NCBI GenBank assembly: GCA_030704615.1
Contig: CM060734.1
Coordinates: forward strand, 50,406,001-50,470,000
DNA: 64,000 bases
Source of the DNA: Takakia lepidozioides
Lineage: Eukaryota; Plantae; Bryophyta
Reading direction: 5' to 3'
How positions within the stretch are numbered: the first letter of the stretch is position 1; every line of letters begins with the position of its first letter. The notes beneath the pieces are model-generated. The model saw only the letters and a list, made by a program, of their open reading frames with translations. It did not search any database and had not been told where the DNA came from. Position numbers and translations under genes: made by a program. Below are positions 1-14,700 of this stretch, piece by piece.

Positions 1-1045
1 TATTGTTATTAATTGTAATTTTCTTCCACAGCCTTGTTTATTGATGGGAGAGGATGAGACGTTGGATGTATATGGTTACACTCGTGTACATTATATGGGA
101 TATTGGTTTTCGAATGGATGGATGAAAAGAGATTCCGTCTCATTTCCCCAGAAAAAGTCACCCCTTTTCATATAAGAAGAATGAAAAAGACCTTTTTCTC
201 GAAGTGCCGTGGTGAAAAGGTTCCCGTTTAGTTGGGAACTTTGCACGCAAGGGAACGCGTCGAGATTGGTTCTCAACCTCCAATTCTCTGTGTGTGGGAC
301 CCTCTCACCCTCGCCTACCTCACAGTGCAGACTTTATCGCTGTTCTTCCATGATTTCTCGACTTTGTGGCGTAGGGAAGGCTCTGAATCTGCACTACAAT
401 CTTCCTTGTTGGCAGCTCTTCAATGGCACCGGGAGTCAGGAAGTTAGGGCTGTTTGAGAAAGTCGTGTATGACATTAGGGGCCTTCTCGGGAATGTTTGG
501 GCATTGAGAAACCTTCTGGGCAGAGCTTCTAAGTATCACCTTTCATGGTGAGAAGAGCTATCAGGGTGATAGTATCGGGTGAGGCTGCTTATCCTTAACG
601 GGGTAGTTATTCATAGCCCTCCAAGAGCCGAATGGGGAGATCCAGCCCGCTACAAGAATAAGCTAGAATGAGAGAGAGGAGAGAGAGCGCACCAAGAGAG
701 TCATGGACGACAATGGCTGCAATCAGATGCCATGTGGCGCGAGCAATGCAAGACGGTGACATTCCTGAACCGTCAGAGAGTGATTGAATCAAAAACCGTG
801 CAGTTCCACATAGGGCAGCGAGAGAATCCCCGTTAACTCAGCACAATATGCGAGTTCTTCAAAGAACGTCTGCAGCATACATTCAAATCTCCAACACGCA
901 ATGTCCAGCCTGAGTGTGTCCGCAACGCAAGACTCAAGGTTCTCGTCAAGGTCTTTAAATATAATTTTCCTATTGAGCACATTTCGCAGAATGCAAATCA
1001 ATGCTGCCAGTTCCATCACTCGGCTGCCATTACAATTAGCATAAA
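1..1045 (-). mobile_element. Probable decayed LINE 3' end; its continuation is displaced to 1859-2173 by an inversion
   Basis: The minus strand ends in AATAAA plus an A-rich tail near base 1. It carries a LINE ORF2-like C-terminal stretch (LAALICILRNVLNRKIIFKD). 1859-2173 (+) has a CSLC...HLFRD zinc-finger remnant that joins it once the inversion is undone. Degenerate. Confidence 0.4.
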
Positions 1046-4000
1046 TCCATTGCTCCCAAGGCATGGACTGCAGCTTGTACCCCGTAATTCATGTGTAAAA
1101 GCTCCAGATCAAGATTCCTGTCATGCAACAAACCAAAAAAAGACTTCTGATTAAGAAAGCAATTAGCAACGGCAGTATAATCCTCTGAAGAGATTGTTCA
1201 CAATCAGTCTCCCAAATCCCCCTACAAAAAAATGATGTAACAGTCCGGGTTAGAAAATTCGGTGTGGAAAAGACAACAGAAAAAGAAATAATCTCAAGAT
1301 GAGCGTAACAAGAACATTCATACGGACGATGGCTAACCTTTGTATGGAAGCGGAGGCAGACACTCCTGCAGGCTGCATTTTCACAAGCTCTAGGGCATCC
1401 CTAAGGTTGATGTCAGGAACAACGTCAAAAATAACCTACAAGTCATACATAGCACTCCCTTTAGTATCTCAGCTATGTGCATGAATTAGGTGTGAAGATA
1501 GTGAAGAATAGATCCCTCTGGTTTCTCACTTAAGATGAAGTAGACTGACATCCCCTACTTATATGGGGACCCTGAGTCTTAACATCCACATCTTAACACC
1601 CTAAACCAGCAGTTTTGCATATAGTTTATTCTGTGTTCAGAAATAAAGCTTGTGATGCTTGTGATGCACTGTTGACAGAGAGCCAAAGCTAGGTAAAGGC
1701 AATCTGAACGCATCCTTTCCTTTTCTAGGCAACAGAACAAACAGGTTTGAGCCAAAGCCCAAAGGAGAGCCCTATTGGCACTCACCCGAACAGGTGAATG
1801 CATGGTCAAACGTTCAAGGACAAGATTGGCCACAAATGGATCCGCAGGTGCCCCAGTACAGGAACTGAGTCTTGATCTTGTTAAGGAGAATTGAGACAGT
1901 GCGCGATTGTTGCAAGGAGAGCAAGGTGAAGACATCACTTGTCCTAGTGTGTCATTCAATCCAAGGATTCGCATGGATTCTATGTTCCTTGTGTTCTTAT
2001 GGACTTGCACACAATAATATGACAATAATATGTTGGAAAGACACTGTATCTTGAGCACCTTTTCAGAGACATGGAGGCATAGAGAGAGAGGGGGGGCACG
2101 GTGAATTATAACCCCCTGTCCCTGAATTTGAGTTGGAACGCTTGCTTTGTGAGTTCTTGGGCAACTTTGAAATTTAAGCACTGCTGATGAGTTTAAAACA
2201 GGAGAGCAGCAGAGAGGTGCAGCCTTCTTTCTTGAGGAGCTACATGAGCATTTGGAAGCAATCAGTACTCCTGTCCGTCGGGTATGATGGCCCGGTGTTT
2301 GGTTGTTTATGTATATTTCATGTAGTATATTCTTAACCACATCTATGGACAGTTGCACATATCTCGCTTATCACATCATTGGAATGCACCTAACCCAAGC
2401 TATAGATGTGCTTTGACTTCATAAAAGAGTAACCTTCTGTTTCAGCAGAGTCGGAATTGAACATTGGTTCACTTTTTGCACAGACCTGGAACTATGGCAC
2501 CAAATCAATTGCTCTTGTTTCCTTTTTTCTTGACTCAAACTGGGGCAGTTCCCTTGGGTTAGAGCTTCTTGTATAGGTTCAGTATCTGGCTAAACACCTT
2601 GCTGAACATGAACATATGGTACTTTTATGCAGGTCTGGATGATGAGCATGATAATGGCACTTCTACACATGGATAAATTAAGTGTCCAACCAGTGGCAAC
2701 TGAGGGGTCAACAGGCTTAGCGGCAAAACAGACCAAGAAGAATGGGGACATGGAAGCAGCAACCGGGGCTGGGGATTCAGAGAAGCTTACTGCTGTTGTG
2801 TTTGTGGGTAATATCCTGGCAATGCTATGTCAATGCCTTCCAGCTGTTGGACTGGAGCTTGAAGCAAGAAGCCCAGCATCAAGCAAAGGGGGCCTGGGCA
2901 GGAAAGGGAGCATAACTGGAATTGGATTCCCAGGGAGAGCAGGTAAGAAGGCCTGGGAGCAGAAAGCGGAGCTGTTGCATCAGTTTGTGGAGGATTGGGA
3001 ATGGCGCCTTGCTGTATTGCAGCGTTTGTCTCCAACTTCGCTGCGGCCATGGGAGTGGAGGGAAGCCTTGGCAGTCCTCCGTGCAGCTCCTTCTACCTTG
3101 CTTAACCTGTGTGTTCTCCAGAGTCCATTTGGCTCTTCTTGATGTTCAGTCTCTCTTCCCACCCTCTCTCTAAGGTGCTAGTGGATGTGTGGTTGATTGT
3201 TGCCGTGAGGATAAAGTAAAAGTTCCCTTATATCCAGGAACAGAAAGCTACCTCCTAAGATGGACGGGACAACCTGGTAGATTGAACTGTAGTAGTAAAC
3301 CCTCTCGGTGGAGCATCGCTTCTTCAGGTGGTCTGCATACTCCTGAAAACAGGGGCAGATTTGTTGTCTTTAGAGACGATCCGAAGTGCGGAGCGTCCTG
3401 CCTCCACGAGGCTTTCCGCCTTACTTCACGCTTGATTAGTTCTTTGGTTCTTCTATTACCTGTCCATGGGCACTTTGGTCTTCCTGTGGCTATATTAAAC
3501 TCCCTACAGTTTGATTTTTCTTCTGGTTTCAGTGGTTCTACCTGCTGGTATCCTTGCCCCATGGCCCTCCCCATTAAGTTTAAAGTATAAAGTTCATCTC
3601 TCTATTCCAAAGCCCCGCAGGGCCTTCTGTTTACGTAATGGAGCCCTTTCTCCTTCAGGTTTTTCTAGCAAACCTACTTCCCTCCCTGAGTTTTCTCTTC
3701 AGAGGAGATGGTTTCTGGTTACTCATGTGGTGTGTGGTGCAGGTGCGTGCAGCGGGCTCAATATGACCTTGGAGAAGAGGCCGTACACCGCTTTGGGTTG
3801 CCCCCAGAGGAGGCAGCCTCGCTGGAGCTCGCTGAATGGGTGGATGGTGCTGTAGCAAGAGCATCTGTATGCACTTTGACATACCCTGAGTTTGTGGTCA
3901 TTTAGTCAGTCTAGGAGCTTTTTGTTGGGTTTTTGGGTAAGTGCGAATAATTTCTGTACAGTGTCAGAATGTCAGACTTTCAATCCTCCCCTGGGGTACA

Positions 4001-7000
4001 GTTAGCTTGTGCTGCCATCTCCTCCATCTTCCCCATTACATACGGCCTCTTCTTCAATTGCTTGATGTCTGGGGAGGGAGCCACTCTTGGAAATGATTTT
4101 AACCCTTAGGACTATACCTACTGTTTGAACAACATGATCGGGATGCTGGTTTGCCATTGGTATTGACAGGTGGATGATGCAGTCTCTCGAGTTGCAGAGG
4201 GATCATCGAGCACAGATGAGGCTCTCAATTTTGCCGCCCTTCGTGCACCATTAGCGCCCCTTGCTAGTGTAAACCTGTTATACCGACTACCTCATAATTT
4301 TCTTATATATGATGAGTATGAAAGAGACACCATATTTTATGGTTGCTTCGGCAGCTTTTCTGAATATGTACTTTCTGTAGAGTTCTGCTGACCAGTATCC
4401 TACTAAGCATCTACATATTCATTGTATAGTATGGTTGTTGGGTAAGAGGTAGGAAGAGAGTCTCTCATGATGGGAAGTTGAAGAATTTCTTAGAACTGAC
4501 ATTGGCATGACCAATTTGTCTCAGGTCCTTCTCTGCCTTGATGTTGCAATGGCTTCTGCGAGGTCTGTCGACATGGTAAGGCACCTTCTGGATCGGGTAA
4601 TTTCTGCCCCAATATATTTTCAGTGGTGCGAGAGTAGATGCTTTGAACAAAAGACTTGAGCACTTCCTAGCTGACCAGTTGGCACTTCAATCCTAAGGTT
4701 TTAGTCTTGGTTCAATATGCTTACTTCATAAGGATGTCTAACACTGAGATTTGAAGGATATCACTGTGTGCTAAGTTGATAGAGAAGTGAAGGCCGATTT
4801 CATTCATGATTTCACCTTTTAGATGTCTTCTCTTGATTAGTGGGAGGCTGTTGGTTTTGGCCATGGCAACAGGCACGTCCCCTTCTTTCTCAGATCTCTC
4901 AATTAGGGTCAAGGGAACAAGGGCCGGAGCAGAGACAAGAGGCGTGCATTGTCTTGGTGGCCAAGCGCGTGATGCACCGCTTGCAGGAGCTTCTGGACCA
5001 GGTCCCTATCCTCTGTTCAGCTGCATCTTCGTTACTTTGCCCTTCTGTACGTGCTTCTCTCAGTGCTGGAATCAACCTAGTGTTCTCTGGTATGATATTT
5101 GTCAGGCCTTGTATTTTCACTACATGAACCATGTTGTGGATTGTCTTCTGATGTATGCATGTTCTAGGCAATTTCAGGCCAAGTTTAATACCCTGGTATG
5201 TGAAACCCCAGAAACAACTCTCGAAAGTTGTGTATATGGGGGGGCTCTACCTTCTAAGGGTGCTTTAATAGCCAACTTCACTGGAGTGGTAGTACATAAT
5301 GTGGCCAAAAAACATAATCCTCCTGGTTTTTTAGGTGGTATTTATTTCAAGAATGATTTCAATGATCTCTTCTTTTCTCTCCTGTTTCTTTCTCCTGCAA
5401 TTGCGTCTCTGTCCATTATCTGTCCTCATATGTGTTTGACGCAAGACAGTTAGAAGTATAGAGCGGTTGTTAAGCACTTGCGTAGAAGATGCATCAGTAC
5501 TCTATACATATACCATCCTATCAACCTGGATTTTGAGCTGGTCAGATCTATTACTTAGTTTCCACCTGGTTGCTTTTATATTTCACTGCTATCAGAGGCC
5601 GTGAACAGTAATGGATCTAAATGAAACTGCTGTAAGAGCAAGAAAGGGCCTCATTCTTATTGTTTCTGTCAGCAGGACAAGTCTGGGGCCTTGCAGTTGC
5701 TTTTATCAGGTGCGGATATGGTGACCCCTTCAGGCACTGATAGTATCCGGCAAGGACCAAGGCAGCGAGCGCTGGCCATTTTGCAGCAGACAATAGAGGA
5801 TGCCACTAATGGCAAGCGCCAGTTCTTAAGTGGTGAGTTCTATCCAAATGTTGTGGTCAGAAGTTACTACTGATCCGCTTAGCATGGTACAGGCCCCACA
5901 CATTCAGTTTCATTGCTCCCAGTCTAGCATATTTCTCCTACAGTCTTGTCCTGTCCTGTTTGCATGTCTGTCTAGTTGGGTTGCTTTCTAGGTTCTCTCA
6001 TTTGGTTATAATCTGGGTTCATTTGGATGGACAGATAAGTGACGCAATATGTGTCTCTTCTCTTCAGGAAAACTACACAACCTTGTAAGAGCTCTAGCGG
6101 ACGAGGAGGTTGATGATTGGACCACAAGCCCTCATGGAGAAAGACGGCCCTCACACCTAGCGGAGCATGGCCTTGGCCTGGGGCTTGGATTCAATGTCAC
6201 TTCAAAGACTACTTCAGTGAATGTGCCTAACACTTCCGGATTAGGAGGCTATTTTGGGGAGGGCACTCCTTCAATGGTTCCTAAAGGGACAGTGAAACGG
6301 TTTCTAGGGCCACTGACTAACAAACCGATGGCATCCCTATCAGCTTTCATCCTCTACATTGCAACTGTTGGTGATATTGTCGATGGCATTGACACAACTC
6401 ATGACTACAACTTCTTTGCACTTGTCTATGAGCGCCCCAATGATGTAGGCCTTTACCAATTCCCATCCTGTCGACCTGATAAAAGTTCCTTTGTTTCTAT
6501 CTTTCCTTTCCTCCACTGTCCCATAGGCCATCCAAACCTCCTGCGAACATCCTGAATTCTTTTATTTTTCTTTTGCCAGACGAGGAAACGTTTTTCGTAA
6601 CGTTTTTCATAACAAGTTTACCAAAGTCATGGGCAACTCTGTGTGGACCTCTTATATTCTCAAACACAGTACGATGCTCATGAGACAGGATACCATGTGA
6701 GAATTTGTCAGTATTCAGTTGTCATATGGCCCCCTTACTGAAGCTTAAATTTAAGATACCAAGCTAAGTGAAGGCCAGCCTGTTGTTGAAAACTTGATGC
6801 ATTTCCCCCCTAACAGGCATTGGCATTGGCATTTGTCTATGGGGATGCAGCAGTGCACATATATGCAGGCGTTGCTGCATCATTAGCTGAGAAAAAGAAG
6901 AGTAGTCACTTGACTGAGCTCTTGCGCAACATCAAGGGCACCATTGAAGATGACGACTGGGACCAGGTCTGGAGGAGCCTCTCTCTTACGGCAGTTTTAT

Positions 7001-7328
7001 AATCGAAACTTACGTTTTCTGAACTCCTATGTGTCTGTTAGGAAACTAGACCTGTCCTCAGTCTAGAGATATTGACAGGAAGCTTCTATTCACAAGCAGC
7101 AGTACAAAAGCATGACAGCTGAATAATACAGGACTTAGCTAGTACTAACAAGATGAGAGAACTGGAGCCTGGAAGCTCCCTTGCTCCCTACTACAAAGGA
7201 AAGCTAATAGAGTTGACTGTAGATGCTGGACTTCTCCTCCTCCTCCTCTCTGCAATCTACCAGGCTAGCACATCAAACTAGATGGTAGAAGAAGTGCTGG
7301 GCATTGCCTTAGCCTCTCCCTATATCCT
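1046..7328 (+). pseudogene. Rearranged partial duplicate of the spastizin/SPG15 gene (part of exon 7 to exon 16, plus exon 36)
   Basis: 1046-1858 is the reverse complement of 18456-19268. 2174-6596 matches 19270-23690, and 6605-7328 matches 37109-37830. Near-identical including introns, with only scattered SNPs/indels. No start or stop exons. Confidence 0.93.
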
Positions 7329-8097
7329 GCTCTTATATTTGTGGACGATTTCGCAGGCCTAGGTGGTATCCCATCCAATCTCCAGGAGCTGATTGATTGT
7401 GCAAAGAGGTTCTTTGACCTGTGGAGGCTAGAAGCTAATAATGTTAGTAAATGCACAGTGGTGACATTCAACAACCGTGGGAAGGGAGGAGGGAATGGAA
7501 ATGGACATGGGGTGACGAAGAGATTCATGCACTCCCTTCCTACACATATCTCGGTGTTGAGTTTTCCTCCAACTGTAACTGGGATGCGCATATACAAAAA
7601 GTGATTCAATCAGCTAAATGCAAAGCTTTGGGTGTCACTAAATTTTGTCCACTGGAGAGAAATTAAAAATTTTAACTCGGGGAGGGAAGCCTACCTTTGA
7701 ACTATAAACAGATGCAGAAAGGAAGAGGAGATTGTGATTGCACAATCTGCGGGCAGCATGAAGAAAATATCCACTGCCTGATACATTGTCCGGGATATTC
7801 TGACCCGGACGATCAAGAACATTGTCCCTGCACCTCTGTTCTTCAACTGTCAAAATCTTGACGCTGAGCCTAAAGCCCTCGCCCTCTTGGGGTCTAATTG
7901 CTGGACAGCTCACACACAGCCAGCTGATGCTTGTGTGAAGGGCTTTCTAGAGGATATCTAGAAAACTGGAACTAATTTGTCTTTATCAAGGTAGTCACAG
8001 GCCACAAAGGTAGTTTCTGCTCCCTTTTGTTCCGCCCACATTTGGGTGTGGGGTCTATGGCCACAAGGATATGGCAAACAATGTCTTATGAGTACAT
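7329..8097 (+). mobile_element. LINE family A fragment (RT C-terminus plus 3' end, internally deleted)
   Basis: FVDDFAGLG...LQELID...NVSKC...YTYLGVEFSSNCNWDAHI matches the RT region of the ORF at 26075-27295. Ends in the family terminus GGCAAACAATGTCTTATGAGTACAT. Confidence 0.85.
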
Positions 8098-8198
8098 TCT
8101 CTAGCCCTATGACCAGTCTATGCATAAGATAATTCTGCCGACATTCTTGTTTTGAGGCGACTGTTGAACTGTAGTCCAAGTGTGGCTGATGTGTGCAG

Positions 8199-9008
<810 letters not shown>

Positions 9009-10072
9009 TGTCACGTTCCTCATGCATCTGCAGATTTCTTACTACACAAGTATCTGATTCTCTAAGCTCATTATTCCGACACAACTATCTGATTCTCTTA
9101 AACGAAATTCTGATTCTCTTCTTAACATTTGTGTCAAAACTAGATATTGCCTGAACTATTAGAAATAGTACGGAATTTATGGATTCGGTGAAAAGTGCTA
9201 TCAATCCAGCAGCTCACCAGGTGATGGAAGCCCAGCAAGGACAAGGGTGGCTGCTTGAACAGGAGCTGTATGACCAAAAAGGAAAAAGGAGCCCAGTGAT
9301 TACTTCTTCTGTAGGTTGTGCACATACTGAACCAAATCCCATCACATTGGAAGACAATTGTGTCAGGCAGAAATTCCTCAAGTAAAGAAAGACAGTAGAC
9401 CCAAAGACGTTCTTGACATAATTGAAAGAAATTGGAAAAACCCACTCAGCATTCTCATTTCCTTAATGAAGCTGGTCTTCTGGTTCTCCGTTTAGAAAGA
9501 TGCTGGGCTGGGATCAACATGGAGTGACACACCCCCTGGAACTTCTGATGAGCAATATCCAACCAGCCATCACATCATGACAGTCACATAACACTCATTT
9601 CTGAACAATGCTAGCTCAATGCTTTATGGCAGTTTTAACAACCTCATAAAAGACTACAGGAATTTCAGCAATCCTTCAAGTAATGTCGTTGGGATTAAAA
9701 GAACAAAGCCAGCATGGACCTGGCAATATCGTGGGCTCAAGACCTGACCAAATGTGCAACAACAGACCTGGTTTGGGACTGGCTACCATGTCATACGATT
9801 GAGTTGCCATGGTATACACTGGTAGCACCAAAGACAGGTATGCTTTTGAAAAAGGAGAATTTCTTGTTGTTCCGCCCCGTCTGTACCGCTTTCCCTTTAA
9901 GGCCTTGTTCACATGAGGTGTGGAAGGATGTGTGCTGTTTGGATGCAGGTGAGGATAGGGATCTACAGTGTGTGCTGTATGGTGATAACCTGCGCGCAGA
10001 CTGCTCAGGACCTTCATGACAGTTATGTGAGATATTGTAAGTTTTGATGAGAAGAGCACTTCTGCAGGTTGT

Positions 10073-11227
10073 TGTACAACGGGATGGCATGGGTGCCATG
10101 GCAGGCTCATCAAAGTCGGAAACGACTGCACGCACAGATGGCTTGATCCTCCTATAGACCGCACGGTAGAGTCCGTCATCCTATCAAGCCGACACCTGGG
10201 CCACAGGGTAATAATATCAGATGTGTAGTAATATCATAGCCTTCCCGACGCTCCACTAGTAGGCTGTCTGGCATCACAGATAGGCCTCCTGTGCCTTGGA
10301 GAGCCAAAGCGAAACTTGATACTGAAGGCAAGGGGGTGCCTTTTCTGACGAGAGCTCTCTCGGTGGGAAGGACAACCTTGCTTGATCCAGATGGTAGGCT
10401 GCTGCCAGGGCCCAACCAACAGCCGATGTCCGAGATCACATCTATCTGGAGCATTACCCAAGGAGCATCACGGTTTTAGGGGCAGGTTGGCAATCACCAC
10501 ACACCCCAAGGTTCTTGATGGTATGGATACGCATCCCATCCCAGGCGGTGTGTGGGGATAGCCAACTTCCCCGAAAACTGCGATGCCTCGGGCTATTTGT
10601 AATTGTCAAAGCAATGGCCAGCTTCTGAATCCCCATGCGCCTCGTCACTACATACTGATCTACTCATTTCCGCCTAACAGCCGATCACAACTTTTAGGGC
10701 TACCTATGCTTCTTCCAAGGTTGGGATTGACTTGTGGGGGCCGCGCGAACGCGAGCCCCCTCTGCCACAAATTACGACGTGCGTGCCCTCCGTAGAGAGA
10801 CGCTAGGATCACCCCCACCGAAGTGCAATGGAGCGGGCTTTCCTAGGCCATCGACCTTGCTGATAATCGACAGACCCTGCCCAGGTAAGTATGGGAACCC
10901 TTGCACCGATCGCCTTTATATCTGCGGATACGTACCCACTTCGTGCCAAACGATATGGGATAATTCGGTAGAAAAATAATAGCCAAGTTGGACCATTGGG
11001 CTTGGTATATTTGGGCTACATTCTTCCTTTAGTACCGCGACAGGCGTTCACTCCCTGGATCAAACAAACGTCATTGCGGGCTGCTTGTGCACGGCCCTGC
11101 TTCCTTTGTTGGCTTCCCTTCGTACCGCTTGGAGCTTCCCGCGCAAGTATGGAATCCTTCGCCCATGATCTGAGCTCTCTCATCTTTCTTTCTCTCTTTC
11201 ATGTTCTACTTTCCTCTCTCCCCACGC
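10073..11227 (+). repeat. ~1.15-kb dispersed repeat, copy 1 (inverted partner at 43804-44970)
   Basis: Near-identical to the reverse complement of 43804-44970. Both copies begin at TGTACAACGGGATGG. Confidence 0.92.
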
Positions 11228-11789
11228 CAGTCCTCACTGGGAAGCTGCAATATTCGCTAAAATTGTGAGCAATTTCGTTTTAGACAACTCGGGCCAATCC
11301 TTAGCAGTATCCCATCTTTGCTGCAAGCGCTGCCTATTCCACAAGGTTATATTTGCTGCCCTCTTGAGTGCAACCTCCGCAGTTGCCAAGCCCTCCTTCA
11401 CGTGCAACCACACTGCCTTTGAAATGGATGATGAATGGATCGAACTGATGAATAGATTAACACCTTCCTCTGACACGTGCCCCCAGTAAAACATGGACAC
11501 TTACTGGTGACAGAGATGCTGCTGGCTGCTCTGTGTCTCTATGTCTTGAAAGGAGAGAGAGGATACCCGGGGGATCTGCGACACCCAACTGCAGCTCATG
11601 TAGTATTCTTCACTTTTTGTCTAGAAAGAAAGAAGGGTCTGTTTCTGCGTTTAGATTTTTAGTTCGCATATGCTCGTGATCTGGGCGCTGTCCAATTGTT
11701 CGAATAGTAGGCTCAATTCCAGCTTAAGTTTCGGTTTTCTTGCAATCAGATGTGGATTATTTTTTTCTGGCTTTCGTCTGAATCCAGAG

Positions 11790-14700
11790 ATGGAGGGCAA
11801 GGAGGAGAGATTACTTGGCCGTGCGATTACAAACCATCTTTTTCTCTCGCAATTTGAGCCATTCCGTGCATGTCTTCTCACTTTGAGTGACAGAAATCCG
11901 GTTCTTGCTCGTGACATTTATCAAGCAGTTATAAAGAAGGCATGGAATTTCAAGGGGGTGCTATGGTCGGACAGTGTGCCCTCGCCGTCACATCTAGCCT
12001 GGCTGTGTTTGCAAGAGCTGTCTGCTATGGAGGATAAAGTGTTGGAGAGGGAGCAACCATCGGATGGAGAAAGAGAGCACCAGGGGATTTCGCATCGCCG
12101 CCTTATTCATGATAGCATTGAATTCCTCTTGCTTGTAGAGTTTATGAGGGGGTCGGTGGGCGGAAATGGCGAGACGAGAGAGAAGAAGATGGGAGATGGT
12201 GCAGAATCGGGTAAGAACAACATGGATAATCCCAACAAATGTCGGATTTGCGGTTCTAGGGGTCGGAATTGGAACAATGGATGAGTGAATCTGCCAGTAC
12301 ACACTGAAAAAGCAGTATACCCTTTCTGTGTGCGTGTACATCTGAGAGTTATTGAGTAACGTTTGTGGCAGACAGCCACTGTGTATTGATTCCGCACAAA
12401 GATATCATGCCATGCAAGTCGGTGAATGAATTCGAGCACCCTGCATGTGTGTGCAAGCAATGAAAGTGCGTGAGTAGCAAGTACACCCTGTGATTTGATA
12501 TTCTAAATCACATCGGGGTTTTGGCTCCGTGCACAGAGTTTTTCTGGAACACTCCTTTTCTTGGTGGGCACCTGCTGGACCTTTCAAGGTTCAGGGTGGA
12601 GAGAAAGAGAACAACCAACCTTTCACTTCGATATTCGCTATCCAAGCCAGTAGATCAAACCTAAAACCCTGGTAGATAGGAGAATTATGTGAACCTAGCC
12701 CACTTTATATCTAATTTGTCCTCTCAACAGAGAGATCCTTCTTGTGTGCATTAGTGGGGTTTCTGTTGGTCCATCATGTACACTTAGCAGAGTTGCATAC
12801 CTGAATTGACAAGACATGATACTGTTAGTTTGTTTGATTTATTTTGCTGTTAGGAAATGACGTTCTTAGACGTTTGTGTTGGAAAAAACAATGAATATAG
12901 ATTGAAAAAATGTCACATTGCAATGTAAAATGGCATTAACAGGGGCTGGAGCACCTGAATCGGAGGAAGGAGCTGTGCTTTCCAAAGGTAGAGAGGTTGA
13001 CAGTGTTGAACGAAGGGAATGCGATACATTGGAAGAAGTTGAGAGAGATGGCCCACAATTCATTGAGGGTATCTCGGCAGTGGGCCTGGATAGACTGCAA
13101 AAATCTCTCAATTTTGTTGCACGGCATAAATTGGGAGGGGGAGACGAAGAACAGGAGGAGGAAAAGAGAGCGAGTGAGGGCCAGAATAGGGTGGCAGATA
13201 TAAAAGGCAGAGTGAATGTTAGTGAAAGTGAAGGAAGCAGGCTTCCAGGCACAGCATCACAAGGGATAGAGGAAGAGAAAGAGGGAGGAGTCAGACCTCT
13301 AGAAAGTTATGCCCTGTATGCACAATCTGTCATAGAAGCAGAGCGTGTAGATCAAATCTTCACAGAAATCGACAGAAAATGGGTGCGGAAGTTGACTCAC
13401 TGTCACCCAGAGTTACTGGATGCGTTGTCTCGAAACATTGCAAGGCATCAGCGGGGAGGTGGGCTAGCTGCCGAGTCTCCTTTGAGGACACCTGGGAGAT
13501 CCTTATCTGTGGAGTCTGAAAGAGACATAGGTGGGGAGGAAACTGAAACACCAGCAAGAGAGGAGAACAGTGGAGCTTCTGTTGATGGGGTGGCAGTCGC
13601 TTCTGTATTCACTGAACCCTTGAAGGTGGGCCTCTGTTCCTCCGTTCCTCTGGATTTTAGATTAGGATTGACAAGGACAGCAGATTGGGAAGGTTAATTC
13701 ATTTTGAGTTCCTGACAGATGCCGTGACCTGACCATCGTCTAAATTGGCCACAACATTGAGGTGGTATTGGGAAAATCAGTTCGGTTTGCATCTTGGTTT
13801 GTGTGTATATCTTTGCAGCGATGAACTCAGCTGTGGGTGAGGGAATCATCTTGCTACAGTGGGTACGTTAAGGGAAGAATAGGCACTGAAGATCTGCTCC
13901 CATAGTATCAGTTCACAATTATTGCAAACTGGTCTGAATCAGTAACCTGGGGAAGTTAGCATAAGGAACTGAAGGGGAGTTTTGACGTTGGAAATGGACT
14001 TGTTTGTAACATGGACAACTTCTCTGGGTCCTACAATTTTCTGTCTTGTTGGTGCAATGGTAAGACTGCACAGACCAACTGTAGCTTTTCAAATTTGGCT
14101 TTTATTATCTTCAAGCTGATCCAATTAGGTGGGACCTACTAGGAGCTGAGGCACAGTCAGTTCAGTGAGTTGTTTGCTAGTAACTGGTTCTGCCTTGCCA
14201 ACTTGCATTGGAGTTACTGCAGATGGATGTAGCCCTTCAGAAGGAAGCACAGCGTGCGCATCTTGAGCAGATCGTGGAAGATGTGAAGGCAGGCGAATTG
14301 GTGAAGGCACTGCATCATCTGCGGTTTCTTCATGAGAGTTTTGGAGTTACCGAAGCTGAGTGCTGGTCAGAATCTATTTTTTCTGTCCGTGATTGTCATT
14401 TGCAGGAAACAAGTTGTATTCTTGTTGTATGTTCACATCGTGGTTCTTCTTGCGAAGATTTGTGTGCTCAATGGGGTGTGCTTTGTCATTGATTGTGTTT
14501 CCTCAGCCTCATTTTACCCTTGTCTTTTGACCTTATTTTTTAATCTTTGGTCTCTATACATTTCCCTCTTTTTTCTTATTGTTCTTCACATTTTAATGCA
14601 CTCTGTAGTTTGGATTATCAGTGATTCAATTCAGCTGATTTTGAGGGAGGCCAAATCCATGGCGTGGGAGCAAGAAGCGTCTGTAGTGCCTGCCATATAT

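Noticed and set aside
1579-2358. 259-aa minus-strand ORF as a novel gene
   Set aside because: It is a chance read-through across the inversion, made of antisense exon, LINE and inverted exon/intron sequence.
9180-10070. Coding-like stretch after the CYP97C exons
   Set aside because: Multiple stops in all frames and no motif I can recognise.
10090-10130. Hammerhead ribozyme in the 1.15-kb repeat (TGATGAG / GAAAC)
   Set aside because: The core is TTGATGA rather than CTGATGA, the two motifs lie on opposite strands, and the required stems are missing.
14129-14222. Extra small SPG15 exon (WDLLGAEAQSVQ)
   Set aside because: Splice phases do not fit and there is an in-frame TGA; exon 2 joins 14223 in frame without it.
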